Assembly (NCBI GenBank): GCA_963702205.1
Contig: OY969724.1
Coordinates: 2,112,001 to 2,176,000 of the forward strand
Length of the DNA: 64,000 nucleotides
Source of the DNA: an uncultured candidate division Zixibacteria bacterium
GTDB lineage: Bacteria > Zixibacteria > MSB-5A5 > GN15 > PGXB01
Reading direction: 5' to 3'
Positions 52,302-62,607 of this stretch are shown piece after piece (the stretch's first letter is position 1; every line of letters begins with the position of its first letter). The translations under genes were made by a program, and so were the position numbers. Below the pieces are notes generated by a model. The model made no database searches. It saw only the letters and a program-made list of their open reading frames with translations, and was not told where the DNA came from.

Positions 52302-53030
52302 ATGTCCGAAAATAACACCGGTAGATTGGTTACGGCACTTATCGCAGCTCTGATAATTGCGGTAGCGTCCATTTTACTTCCCAAATTGATCATCGAGGGG
52401 GTCAAAAGCAGAATATTTATCACGCAGGGTGTTGAACTGGCTTTATCGCTTTTGGCGATATTGATATTGGGGAAAGGCCGGTTCCGGGATTACGGTTTTT
52501 GTTTGCCGCGAAAAGAGTTAATTTTCTGTGGCGGCATTGCCTGGTCGATGATCGGCGCGTTGGTTCTGGGAGCGGCGGCCACGATGGCGGTTTTAATTTC
52601 CGGCGCGATGGGCAACCCGATCGTCAAAGAACTTTCCTTCCCCCAGATCATCCTGAATGTCTGGATTTTATCGAGCACTATCGAGGAAATATTCACGCGC
52701 GGCTTTTTACAGGGGCACTTGGCATATCTGGAGGATCGGGCGGTCAGACTTTTATTTTTCAAAGTCAACCTCCCGACCCTAATCAGCGCCGTATTTTTCG
52801 CCTGTATGCATCTGGTCTTGATTTTAAGCGGCGTTGATTATAAAACGGTCATCATAATCTTGATTTTTACTTTTTCGCTTGGACTCTTGGCCGGATATCA
52901 GCGGGCACGCACCGGCAGTTTGATACCTTCGATCGGCATTCATATGCTGGGCAATATAGGTGGTGTCGTCGGAGGGATTATATATTCTATCTATGCAATG
53001 CTGACCGGCGGCAGGTTGCCGGGGATGTAA
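52302..53030 (+). CDS. CPBP (CAAX/Abi) intramembrane metalloprotease
   Basis: EEIFTRG, FACMH, HMLGN. Confidence 0.9.
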   Translation: MSENNTGRLVTALIAALIIAVASILLPKLIIEGVKSRIFITQGVELALSLLAILILGKGRFRDYGFCLPRKELIFCGGIAWSMIGALVLGAAATMAVLISGAMGNPIVKELSFPQIILNVWILSSTIEEIFTRGFLQGHLAYLEDRAVRLLFFKVNLPTLISAVFFACMHLVLILSGVDYKTVIIILIFTFSLGLLAGYQRARTGSLIPSIGIHMLGNIGGVVGGIIYSIYAMLTGGRLPGM

Positions 53031-53052
53031 TCATCTGATCTTGACAGCCCGG

Positions 53053-54057
53053 TCAAAAGGTCGAATAGATCAATATCCCGCAGGATATTTTCGCGACTTC
53101 GGCGCAATAATCAAAATTGCAGTTTTCCGGGATATCTTTATCGGTGAAAGTATGGGGGTTGAAATGATATTCCTCGAAAAATATGGTCGGATAACCGGCC
53201 TCATGGAAATACCGGGCGTCGGAATACGGTGTATGATCCGAAGTATCCACCGAAATTATTTTTGTGTACTTACCGCAAATAAAATGCGCCAATGCAGTGA
53301 TATCTTCTGAACCGGGATAGTTCTGAAAGTCGAGCTTCCACTCGGCCGTGTCGGATGCGAAGCTGACCTGATTGTTGTCGATCATCAGTTTAACCATCTT
53401 ACCTTCATGCTTAAGTGCCGCTATGTAGGTCTGACTGCCGCTTTCTCCTTCGACAAACATCGTCATAAATTCTTCCGAACCGAACGCCACAAATTGTATG
53501 GGATACTTCGGTTCGAAACCGGACTGCTTCAAGACCCTCGCGATTTCAAGGCAAATCGCCAGACCGGAGGCGTTGTTGTCGGCACCGGGGGAAAACTTGT
53601 ATGGATCGGCGGTCGGGCCCAGAATCATACAATCGTAATGCGCCCCGAGAACGCAGATAGTATCTTCGGTTTGCTTTCCGGGCAGATTCGCGAGTACATT
53701 GTACTGCAATGAAGTTTCTTTTTTGCCGCTTTGCATCGGCCATTCGATTGTATTTTGAAATCCTTGAATTGCGATGTCGTCATATCCAAATGATTTAAAC
53801 TTGTCGGCGATCCATTTGGCTATATCATTGCGATTATCCGCCAGCATGAAGCGGGTTTTGAAGTCTGTCAATTGTTCTATGTATGATTTAATGCTGTCGG
53901 CATTAATTAAGTTAATCTTGTCCGAAATCAGGCCGTCAAGAGCAGCGGATACTTTAAACTCTTGTGAATCGGTTGTCTGTTTTGCGGGTTCCTGACCCGA
54001 GGCAAAGTTTAGCAGAACAAAGACGAACGCTACCGAATTAAGTAAGACCAACCTCAT
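53053..54057 (-). CDS. Secreted M28 family aminopeptidase
   Basis: GAHYD, GADNNASG, GSEE, SDARYF, PHT; start moved to MRLVLL after GGGAGG. Confidence 0.85.
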   Translation of the reverse strand: MRLVLLNSVAFVFVLLNFASGQEPAKQTTDSQEFKVSAALDGLISDKINLINADSIKSYIEQLTDFKTRFMLADNRNDIAKWIADKFKSFGYDDIAIQGFQNTIEWPMQSGKKETSLQYNVLANLPGKQTEDTICVLGAHYDCMILGPTADPYKFSPGADNNASGLAICLEIARVLKQSGFEPKYPIQFVAFGSEEFMTMFVEGESGSQTYIAALKHEGKMVKLMIDNNQVSFASDTAEWKLDFQNYPGSEDITALAHFICGKYTKIISVDTSDHTPYSDARYFHEAGYPTIFFEEYHFNPHTFTDKDIPENCNFDYCAEVAKISCGILIYSTF

Positions 54058-54099
54058 ATTGCCTCCCATTTTTAAAATCTAATTGCGAGAATGGATCTC

Positions 54100-55248
54100 T
54101 TATATCACATTCGTCTCTTCGACCGTGGCGCCTTTGGCGAATCGAGCCGGGGAGAGTGATGATACATCAACCGACGTTTCTTTCCCGCAAATCATCTCGG
54201 CGGCCACCAGTCCCGCCGCCGGAGCGTGCATTAAACCGTGGCCGGAAAATCCATTGTTATAAAACAGGCCCTTAAGCTCGGGTTCGAAGCCGATTATGGC
54301 GTGATGATCCGGTGTTGTTTCGTACAGCCCGGCCCAGGCCTTTTGAATCTCGGCGGTTTCAAGCTTCGGGACGCGGTCGAGCGCTTTCATCAGAATGTTG
54401 TCGGTATAATCGGGATCGACCGATTCATCAAACGCCGGGGGGACGTCCTTATCGGCCCAGCCGAGCAGCAGTCCCGGCGATTCGCGGTGGAAGTATAGGC
54501 CGGAACGCACGTCGACCACCATCGGAAAGGTGTGCAGAATATAGTCCAGCGCGCCGGTCGTGACGATTTGACGCCGGACCGGCTCGACCGGCAATTCTAT
54601 GCCGGTCATCCGAGCGATAACTTTGGCGTACGGCCCGGCGGCATTGACAACCATATTCGTACTTATCATGCCCTTATTGGTCTGTACGGCGGTTATTTTG
54701 TCGCCGGCTAAGGTCAACCCGGTCACTTCGCATTCGGTTTCGATTTCAACTCCGACTTTTTTGGCGGCGGATGCATAGCCCTGGATCATATCGTTGGGGT
54801 CGGCAAGACCATCGTTTTTGCAGAAAGTGGCCTTGATTATGTCATCGGTGCGAACCGGCGGAGCGATTTCGTTGACCTGTTTGATATCGATCAGATCGAC
54901 CGGCAGCCCGAGCGATTTTTGAAGTTCCACGGCTTTGGAAAACTGGGCCAGTTCGTTTTCATCAGAAAGCAGAAACATATAGCCGACCTGGTCATATACA
55001 GCCGGCCAGCCGGTTAATTCTTCGAAATTGACGAGTATTTCTTCGGATTTCATCGACATCTGAATATTGACTTTGGTCGTAAATTGTGCCCGCACGCCGC
55101 CGGCACATTTGGCGGTGGCCCCGGTGCCGAGGAACATCTCTTTTTCCAGCACCAGGATTTTGCCAAATTTCATCTTTGCCAGATTGAAGGCAGTGGCGAG
55201 ACCGACTATCCCCCCACCTACGATTATGGCATCTGCTTTATTGATCAT
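54100..55248 (-). CDS. FAD-dependent oxidoreductase (sarcosine oxidase beta/DAO family)
   Basis: IVGGGIVG, WAGLYETTPD, GFSGHG. Confidence 0.9.
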   Translation of the reverse strand: MINKADAIIVGGGIVGLATAFNLAKMKFGKILVLEKEMFLGTGATAKCAGGVRAQFTTKVNIQMSMKSEEILVNFEELTGWPAVYDQVGYMFLLSDENELAQFSKAVELQKSLGLPVDLIDIKQVNEIAPPVRTDDIIKATFCKNDGLADPNDMIQGYASAAKKVGVEIETECEVTGLTLAGDKITAVQTNKGMISTNMVVNAAGPYAKVIARMTGIELPVEPVRRQIVTTGALDYILHTFPMVVDVRSGLYFHRESPGLLLGWADKDVPPAFDESVDPDYTDNILMKALDRVPKLETAEIQKAWAGLYETTPDHHAIIGFEPELKGLFYNNGFSGHGLMHAPAAGLVAAEMICGKETSVDVSSLSPARFAKGATVEETNVI

Positions 55249-55453
55249 AGAGTTTTCCTCTACATAAGTATTAGACGTCGAACGTGAAACTTTTCACAAC
55301 AGAAAACTCCCCAATTCAACGCATATTCTTCAATAATTTAGCTTTAGCGTCGGATAAGTCAAGGATATTCGGAGGTTGATGGATATATTCTATTTTTAAA
55401 CCGGAATAAAAAGACCTTGCAATGATTTAAATTTATGATAGATTCCGTTGATT

Positions 55454-57199
55454 ATGACTAAGCTGCCAAAAAAACAACTACATAGGATATTCCATTTCTC
55501 GGAAACCCAGATTTTGATTACGATGGCTGTGGTCATCGGTCTGGGCACCGGACTTGGGGCATACTTTTTCACATGGCTGATAGTTACCTGTAAAAATATC
55601 TTCTTCGGATATTCCGAAAGCATTTTGGCAGGGCAGGTCGGACAAATTAAATGGTGGATTCCGGCCATACCGCTGATTGGCGGCCTGATTGTAGGTCCTA
55701 TTGTCTATGGATTTTCAGTAGAAGCCAAAGGACACGGGGTTCCCGAAGTTATGGATGCGGTCGCCCGTAAGGGCGGCGTAATTCGTCCCCGGGTAGCCGT
55801 CGCCAAAGCGGTGGCCTCGGCGATATGTATCGGATCCGGGGGATCGGCCGGACGTGAAGGCCCGATTGTACAGATCGGGTCCGCCATCGGGTCGACGATA
55901 GGGCAATTGTTTAATATGTCATCGGACCGGGTGAAAATCCTGGTTGGATGCGGCGCGGCCGGGGGTATTTCGGCCGTGTTTAACGCGCCTATTGCCGGTG
56001 TCATCTTTTCTCTCGAAATTATTCTCGGTGATTTCGCGATAAAAACCTTCTCGCCAGTGCTGATTTCATCGGTTATTGCCTCGGTCGTGATGCGCGCCTT
56101 CCTCGGTAACAGCCCGGCTTTTCAGGTGCCCGATTATTCCCTGGTATCGGCATGGGAAATACCGCTTTATATGGTTCTGGGGACAATTTGCGGAGGGGTT
56201 GCGGTCCTATTCACCCAGTCGCTTTATCATACAGAGAACTTTTTTGATAAGTTAAAAATAACCAACTGGACAAAACCGGCGATAGGCGGTCTCTTGCTGG
56301 GCACAATCGGTATGTTCTACCCGCAAATATTCGCCGATGGTTATGATACCATCAGGTTGGCCCTTTACGGCCGCATGGCGATTAGTATCACGATTATTTT
56401 GATATTCCTCAAAATAGCCGCGACCAGTTTGACCCTCGGGAGCGGTTCCTCGGGCGGTATTTTTGCGCCGTCGCTGTTTATGGGAGCGGTAACCGGCGCG
56501 TCGTTCGGATATGCCGTGCATTTGTTGTTTCCGTCGGCCACCGCCAGCATGGGAGCATACGCGCTGGTCGGTATGGCGGCGCTAATCGGCGGCACGACTC
56601 ATGCGCCGATGACGGCTATCCTGATAATTTTCGAGATGACCAACGATTATCGGATTATCCTACCATTAATGGTGGCGGTCGTATTTTCGACGCTGGTGGC
56701 AAGGAGACTGTATGAGCCTTCGATCTACACGATCAAGCTCATCAAACGCGGAATATTTCTTAAGGCCGGCAAAGACATCGGCGTTTTGCAGGCGACCAGG
56801 GTCAGTGAAGTCATGAGCGGCGAATATTTCACGATCCCGGCCGACATGCCCGTCACGAGGATTATGGAGACGGTTGAAAAATCACGCGGGACCGATTTTG
56901 CGGTTATCGATAAGCAGGGCAAGTTTGTCGGGATGTTGTCTTTGCTTGACCTGATGGGTGTGTTGACGAAGCATTCTCTGGATAATCTCATTATTGCCAA
57001 AGACATAGTGCTGACAAATCTTGTCACAGTATCTCCCGAAGACACGCTCGAAGAAGCCAATAAGAAGTTTGCGATAAAAGGTTATCGCATGCTGCCGGTC
57101 GTCAACAAGTCTGATCCGTCGATAATGCTCGGTGTACTGCGCCGCTCCGATATGATGAGCGAGTACAATCGCAAGTTGATCGAGACCATAAAGTCATAA
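55454..57199 (+). CDS. CLC chloride/proton antiporter with CBS pair
   Basis: GHGVPE, GREGP (gating Glu), GGIFAP, IY; two C-terminal CBS domains. Confidence 0.93.
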   Translation: MTKLPKKQLHRIFHFSETQILITMAVVIGLGTGLGAYFFTWLIVTCKNIFFGYSESILAGQVGQIKWWIPAIPLIGGLIVGPIVYGFSVEAKGHGVPEVMDAVARKGGVIRPRVAVAKAVASAICIGSGGSAGREGPIVQIGSAIGSTIGQLFNMSSDRVKILVGCGAAGGISAVFNAPIAGVIFSLEIILGDFAIKTFSPVLISSVIASVVMRAFLGNSPAFQVPDYSLVSAWEIPLYMVLGTICGGVAVLFTQSLYHTENFFDKLKITNWTKPAIGGLLLGTIGMFYPQIFADGYDTIRLALYGRMAISITIILIFLKIAATSLTLGSGSSGGIFAPSLFMGAVTGASFGYAVHLLFPSATASMGAYALVGMAALIGGTTHAPMTAILIIFEMTNDYRIILPLMVAVVFSTLVARRLYEPSIYTIKLIKRGIFLKAGKDIGVLQATRVSEVMSGEYFTIPADMPVTRIMETVEKSRGTDFAVIDKQGKFVGMLSLLDLMGVLTKHSLDNLIIAKDIVLTNLVTVSPEDTLEEANKKFAIKGYRMLPVVNKSDPSIMLGVLRRSDMMSEYNRKLIETIKS

Positions 57200-57374
57200 T
57201 AATTATCTTCGCAGAAGCCCGATTCCAGTGATATGGTACAAATGGGAAAAGATTTCCTTTTTTGTTCTTGACAAATTTCCAACAATATATTGTATTATAT
57301 ATAATCGTTGATATTACATATGGTGATTGTCTGAATATGATTAATTTCGGATCGAAATAGCTCCATTAATTCAC

Positions 57375-57403
57375 TTGCTTCCGAAGGGGCAAATGTTTAT
57401 TTT
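57375..57403 (+). promoter_or_regulatory. Candidate sigma70-type promoter for the small ORF
   Basis: TTGCTT-N17-TATTTT in an AT-rich intergenic region; a TTGACA also lies at about 57269. Confidence 0.4.
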
Positions 57404-57512
57404 TGGTCAGGAGATAAAAATTTAAGTTTTAAAAAAAACTACCCTGCGTTCAGGCGCAGGGAAGAGTGTACTGGATACTCCAGGGCACTAAATTCAACAT
57501 CGGAGGAGGTAC

Positions 57513-57614
57513 ATGAGTATGTACGTACTCACAATCGTCAAACTTGAAGAGAAGGTTGCCCCTGTTGGTTTCGATCAGGGTGGCCAGCTTTTTGGCGGTT
57601 GGGGTGGCGGTTGA
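57513..57614 (+). CDS. 33-aa small peptide MSMYVLTIVKLEEKVAPVGFDQGGQLFGGWGGG (below the ORF-track length range)
   Basis: GGAGGAGGT RBS at 57502-57510, ATG 57513 (alternative 57519), TGA 57612-57614, downstream + strand terminator. Confidence 0.7.
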   Translation: MSMYVLTIVKLEEKVAPVGFDQGGQLFGGWGGG

Positions 57615-57702
57615 TCTTAACGGCTCGATTTGCCAACCAATACTGCCGGGAGTCTTGACCATCATATGCCATTGAGGGCAGGCTCCTCTGTATGTTGACA
57701 TG

Positions 57703-57734
57703 AGGGTAGGTCTTAAAGACCTGCCCCCTTTTTT
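57703..57734 (+). terminator. Rho-independent terminator for the + strand small-ORF transcript
   Basis: GGGTAGGTCT-taa-AGACCTGCCC then CCTTTTTT. The U-G wobble pairs only in the + strand RNA. Overlaps the 3' end of the kinase gene. Confidence 0.65.
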
Positions 57735-60700
57735 AGTACAAGCAGTGCGTTCAGCTTCTTTATTTCCTCCCCCAGCGAAATCAGCAGATCGTTCTTCATG
57801 AAAGCCTGCCGGACTTCTTCATCTTTTATATCCGAGGCAGTCTTTTTAAAACCTCCGATGGAATCTTTAAAATGCCCGAAAGCTTTTTCATAATCCTTTT
57901 TTTCGGTATGGACCAACCCCAGGTGATAATCGATCTCGCACATTTCGGGGATAAGCGCCGATTGTGCGGCCAGCGTCCGGGCTTTGGTCAGGACCATCTC
58001 GGCATTGTCCATTTCTCCCGTACGCAGAAGATACAAACCATGCAAATTTTCAAGCCGAGACATTTCCAGATCGGTTTCGCGGCGGTCGAACATGCGGTCG
58101 AGTTCTTCCAGACATTCAGAGGCGAGGGACATTTCATTATGCTTCAGGGCCAACTCGGTCTTTTGAATCAGGACATGGCGGATGCTTCGACCCAGTTTGA
58201 GTTCTTCGGCTATGGCGCGAGCTGCTTCGAGATGGCGATAATCACTGTCGATTTGGCTTTGTAGCATTATCGAGGATATCTGAGCCCGGCGGTCACCGGT
58301 TTTGCGGGAAAGTTCTTCGATTCTTTGATGTCCTTCGTAGGCTTTCCCGAGAACGTTCAATCTGTAGTACAAATCACCGTACTGAATCAGGCACAGGATA
58401 AGATGAGGTTCATCGCCGTTGTTTTCGCTGATGGCAATGGCTCGCCCGATATTGGCCAGTGCCTGGCCGTAATATCCGAGACGTTTTTGCACCGTTGCCA
58501 AACCGCGCAGGAACACACCCTGATGCGCTTCATCGGCCAGCTTCTCCGATATCGAAAGACCTCGCTTTAAATGACTTATCGACTCGCGCAGCCGTCCGGC
58601 ATAAAGCATTACCAGCGTAAGGTTTTCGAGATTAAAAAGCAGGCTTTTCTGACTTCCGGTTTTTTCATTGAGCTGAAGGGATTCTTCGAGGCATTCGATG
58701 GCTTTGTCCGCAAGGCCCAGTTCGGAATAGACGTAACCGAGATTGTTGAGCGTTCGCGCTATTTCGATAGCGTTGCCGGTGAGGCGCTTCAGCCGAAGCG
58801 ACAGCCGGAACAGGCGAATAGCCCGGTCGAAACGCTCCCGGTAGAAATAAATCGACGCCATATTGGTCAGGGTGGAGGCGACGTCGTCGATGGCCTGCAG
58901 CTTTCTTTGTATTTTGAACGCGCGCCAATAGTACGCATAAGCATCGTCGTAGCGGGCGTCGATCCAGTAAATGTTACCCATATTGTTGAGCGTGTGGGAC
59001 AGCTCGAGTTGGTCGTCGATTTGGTGGAATATTTGTTCGGCCTGGCGAAGAGCCTTAAGACCGGACGTGTAATCCTGTTTCATTTTGTACAGGTCGCCGA
59101 GTTCCTTGAAAACTTCGGCCAGGAATTTATCTTCTTTACCGCTCCGGCAAAGTTCTATTATTTCAAGAAGGACCTTTTCAGCATAACCGATCTGCCCGGC
59201 GCGCTTGGCCAGTTCGGCTTTCTGTTTGAGCAGAATTTTTAACCGTTCGGTGTCAGAATTCTTGCGGGCCAGAGCGACGTACTTATCCAGAATGTCTTCG
59301 GCCAGGTTGTACTGAGCGGCATTGATTGCTTCATTGGAAGAGTCGAGGGCGAGAGAAAAGCCTTGTTCAAGTTGTTCCGCTCGTGAATAAAGCAATGCCG
59401 CCAGATAATGATCCTTAATGTCGGCCGCTTTGCGGGCGAGTTTTTGATTGATCCTTTGGACAGTATACGGTGATACGCATTTATTCAGATAGGTCAATAG
59501 CGGTGGGGGAAAGCTATTTATATCGTCTCCGGTGATTTGATCCAGAGTCATGGCATTCTGCACATTGCCAAGCACGGTACATATGATCGCTTTCTTTTTA
59601 TTGGATACATTCATGTTATTGAATGCATCAGCCTGACGTCTTTGCAGACGATTAGGCCAGCATAATTCCTTGTCATTGGCGGAAGCAATCAATAGACCGT
59701 CATCGCTCCAGACAAAATTGCCTTTGCTGAAATTTATCTCGAATATATGGCGAATTAAAACGGGGTCATCACCGGCGTATGATCTAATCGTCTCGAGGCA
59801 TTTGTCATCCAGCTTGAAAGGCGATTTGCTCAGGGTACTTAATCCATCATCTCCGTCAAGCGTCTGGAGGATATGTTTTGGCCGAATCATTTCTTTGTAC
59901 GACAAAGTTGCTCCGATGTTTTCCAGTTCGCGACAGATACAAAAGGCGTCCTGAACTCGATCCTGCGGGCATTTGGCCAGCATGTTCATGATTAGCGTGG
60001 ACAAATCCGATGGAATCTTCTTATTCAGTACCGATGGTGGTTCAGGCTCATGCTCCTTAATGCGGGAATTAGTCCTGACCGGGTCGCTGCTTTTATCCAT
60101 GAACGGATGGATGCCGGTGGCCAGAATGTACGCTACAATGCCGAAGGCAAAGATATCCGACTTATGTGTCAAGGTACCGTCAACAAGCGTTTCGGGGGCA
60201 ATGTAGCCGACCGTCCCGATACCCAGCCGGTTGCGATTGGTACTATTATCCCACAGCGCGAGAGAGAAGTCGGAGATTTTTGTATAGACTTTGCCGCCGT
60301 CGCGCAGCTTTGCAAGCGGTGTGGAGAGAAAGACGTTTTGCGGTTTGAAATCCCCGTGGGACAATCCGGCCAACTTCAGATAGTACAGGTTTATTGATAT
60401 CGACGACAGCAGATTGAGAAGCGTAGTCGCGTCCTCAACCGGGCCTATTTCGTCCAGAGTCTCGCCGGGGCAATATTCCATAGTGAGGAACGGATTGCGC
60501 TCGTCGTCATCATTCAATTCGCAAACCCTGACCAGGCCGGGATAGGATAATCCGTCGATCAGATCATATTCTTTTTTAATTAGAGGAAGAAATTGACGTA
60601 CTTCGCCCGGCGCCGAATCGATGGAAGTCTTGAGGGCGACCGGTTTTTCTTTGGCGGGCGACGTGGCAAGATAGACTCGGGCAGTGCCCCCGCTTCCGAT

Positions 60701-60748
60701 GGGGCGAATTATTTTGAAGCGTCCGATACTTTCAAACTCATCCGACAT
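57713..60748 (-). CDS. Cytoplasmic Ser/Thr protein kinase with long TPR array
   Basis: IGSGGTA, VALK, HGDFKPQN, SDFS, GTVGYIAPE; repeats of TLNNMG/TLTNMA/TLNNLG type. Confidence 0.85.
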   Translation of the reverse strand: MSDEFESIGRFKIIRPIGSGGTARVYLATSPAKEKPVALKTSIDSAPGEVRQFLPLIKKEYDLIDGLSYPGLVRVCELNDDDERNPFLTMEYCPGETLDEIGPVEDATTLLNLLSSISINLYYLKLAGLSHGDFKPQNVFLSTPLAKLRDGGKVYTKISDFSLALWDNSTNRNRLGIGTVGYIAPETLVDGTLTHKSDIFAFGIVAYILATGIHPFMDKSSDPVRTNSRIKEHEPEPPSVLNKKIPSDLSTLIMNMLAKCPQDRVQDAFCICRELENIGATLSYKEMIRPKHILQTLDGDDGLSTLSKSPFKLDDKCLETIRSYAGDDPVLIRHIFEINFSKGNFVWSDDGLLIASANDKELCWPNRLQRRQADAFNNMNVSNKKKAIICTVLGNVQNAMTLDQITGDDINSFPPPLLTYLNKCVSPYTVQRINQKLARKAADIKDHYLAALLYSRAEQLEQGFSLALDSSNEAINAAQYNLAEDILDKYVALARKNSDTERLKILLKQKAELAKRAGQIGYAEKVLLEIIELCRSGKEDKFLAEVFKELGDLYKMKQDYTSGLKALRQAEQIFHQIDDQLELSHTLNNMGNIYWIDARYDDAYAYYWRAFKIQRKLQAIDDVASTLTNMASIYFYRERFDRAIRLFRLSLRLKRLTGNAIEIARTLNNLGYVYSELGLADKAIECLEESLQLNEKTGSQKSLLFNLENLTLVMLYAGRLRESISHLKRGLSISEKLADEAHQGVFLRGLATVQKRLGYYGQALANIGRAIAISENNGDEPHLILCLIQYGDLYYRLNVLGKAYEGHQRIEELSRKTGDRRAQISSIMLQSQIDSDYRHLEAARAIAEELKLGRSIRHVLIQKTELALKHNEMSLASECLEELDRMFDRRETDLEMSRLENLHGLYLLRTGEMDNAEMVLTKARTLAAQSALIPEMCEIDYHLGLVHTEKKDYEKAFGHFKDSIGGFKKTASDIKDEEVRQAFMKNDLLISLGEEIKKLNALLVLKKGAGL

Positions 60749-62563
60749 TTAATCTTTGGTTTTATGTTCGCGGGGCAAAGATATCGTAAAGCTCGTGCCC
60801 TGGCCGACTTTCGACTGCACCGCAATTTCACCCCGATGCGATTCGACTATTTTCCTGCAGTTGGCCAGCCCCAATCCGTGTCCCGAATCTTTGGTCGTGT
60901 AGTGCGGCGTGAATATTTTTGTCAAGCCTTCTTCGCCAATGCCGCAGCCGTTGTCGGCGACCGTGATTTCGGCGAGGTGTTTTCTTTTGTCGTATGAAGT
61001 CGAGATGTCGATGCGCCGCTTGTAGCCTTTTTCTTTGCCTTCCGAGGAGGCCCGGTCGTCGGTGGCGTCGGCGGCGTTGTTGAGCAGGTTCATCAGGACC
61101 TGCTGGATTTGTCCGACGTCGATCTGAATGGTAGGCATGTCACTGTCGAGGTCGACCGTGAAATCGACCTGCTTGAAACGGGCCTGCGGTTTAATAGAGA
61201 ACAGCAGGTCTTCCACCAACAGTTTGAGGTCATAGCTGATAACTTCGGTTTCAAGCTTGGAGAAATCCATCAGTCCATCGGTGAACCGTTTCATCTTCTT
61301 GATGCTTTCGATAATCTGGGCCGCGTTGCGGGTGGCTTTATCGGTGGAGCCTTTATCGATATTGAGGGCGAGAAGTTCGGCGTTGTTGGCGATGATGGTC
61401 AGATAGTTGTTCAGTTCGTGGCCGATCGAGGCCGCCATTTCTCCCCGGGCAACGAGTTTCTCGGAAAGAATGACGTATTTTTCCATGATGACTTTTTCGG
61501 TGATATCCTCGATAATGAGGATGAGCCCGTCGCCGCCGTACGGAATCTGGTTGGTCGGAGATATCTTAATCGACAGGACTTTTTCTTCATAGCCGGTATT
61601 GTGGAAATAGCGGGCGTCTTCGTAGGACTGGTTGGTGGTGAGGGCGACGTCGATCATCTGCCGCCATTTGGAGGTTTCCGTTTCCGGAATCAAATTCAAA
61701 AATTTGGTGGGGGTTTCTTTGGGATGATACGGGGTGATATCATCCTTGTTTTTTTCAAGAGTGGCGAGGGCGGCGTCGTTTATGGAAATTACATTGTATC
61801 CCGAGTCGATGACGACAATCCCGACCGGGGAATTATTTATTACGGTTTCGTTGTATTTTTTCAAATCGAGGACGTGAAAGTACAGTCCTGAATTATGAAT
61901 CGCGTTGGCCGCCTGCTGGGCGAACAACTCAAACAGGAACAGGTCGGATTTTAAAAACAGTTTGGCCTGCAACGAATTATCGAGATAAATAATGCCGATT
62001 ACGCTGTTCTTGATTTTCAGGGGAACGCACATAATGGAGCGAAGGTGCAACTCGCGGACGGATTTCTGTTCGGCATATCGTTCATCGGACTGGGCGTCGG
62101 ATGTGTAGATGGACTTGCCGGAACTGGCGACCTGATCGGCGATGGAGTTGGATATCTTGAAATCTTCGTCCATCATGGCTTCTTTGCACAAGTTGTACGC
62201 CGTTTTGAACTGCAGCTTGTTTGATTCATCAAGAAGCATGATAAAGCCGCGTTCCGCCGAGAGCAGTTCGATGGCTTTCTTCATGACAATCTGCAATATG
62301 TCTTCGAGAACGAGAGAGGAATTTACCGCTTGAGAAACGTGGAGAAGGCCGCGCAAATCATCGAGCGATTTGGTCGCGGTGACCTCGTCCTTTTCGATGC
62401 GCGGATTGGCTCCGGCTATTTCATCGAGAGCGGCTTCCATTTCGGCCAGGGCATTGCCGGATTCCGAAACTTTCAGCCGTTGAGTATCTTCATCAACCGG
62501 GCCGGAGTCGTCGAAAATAATGTCCGGCTTAAACTTTGTTGCATTTCCCTGATATTCGTCCAT
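60749..62563 (-). CDS. GAF-PAS sensor histidine kinase
   Basis: GAF (LRSIMCVPL), PAS, GHELNNYL H-box, NLLNNA, DNGCG, GHGLGL. Confidence 0.92.
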   Translation of the reverse strand: MDEYQGNATKFKPDIIFDDSGPVDEDTQRLKVSESGNALAEMEAALDEIAGANPRIEKDEVTATKSLDDLRGLLHVSQAVNSSLVLEDILQIVMKKAIELLSAERGFIMLLDESNKLQFKTAYNLCKEAMMDEDFKISNSIADQVASSGKSIYTSDAQSDERYAEQKSVRELHLRSIMCVPLKIKNSVIGIIYLDNSLQAKLFLKSDLFLFELFAQQAANAIHNSGLYFHVLDLKKYNETVINNSPVGIVVIDSGYNVISINDAALATLEKNKDDITPYHPKETPTKFLNLIPETETSKWRQMIDVALTTNQSYEDARYFHNTGYEEKVLSIKISPTNQIPYGGDGLILIIEDITEKVIMEKYVILSEKLVARGEMAASIGHELNNYLTIIANNAELLALNIDKGSTDKATRNAAQIIESIKKMKRFTDGLMDFSKLETEVISYDLKLLVEDLLFSIKPQARFKQVDFTVDLDSDMPTIQIDVGQIQQVLMNLLNNAADATDDRASSEGKEKGYKRRIDISTSYDKRKHLAEITVADNGCGIGEEGLTKIFTPHYTTKDSGHGLGLANCRKIVESHRGEIAVQSKVGQGTSFTISLPREHKTKD

Positions 62564-62607
62564 ATACGTTTACCCCAGTCCTGCCTAAAGGCTAGTAGTT
62601 TAATTTT

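Noticed and set aside
57442..57489. c-di-GMP or other known riboswitch
   Set aside because: I could not find the expected conserved motifs; kept only as an unassigned structured leader.
57450..57701. 83-aa minus-strand ORF
   Set aside because: No RBS or recognisable motif; the + strand 33-aa ORF has a strong RBS and a matching terminator.
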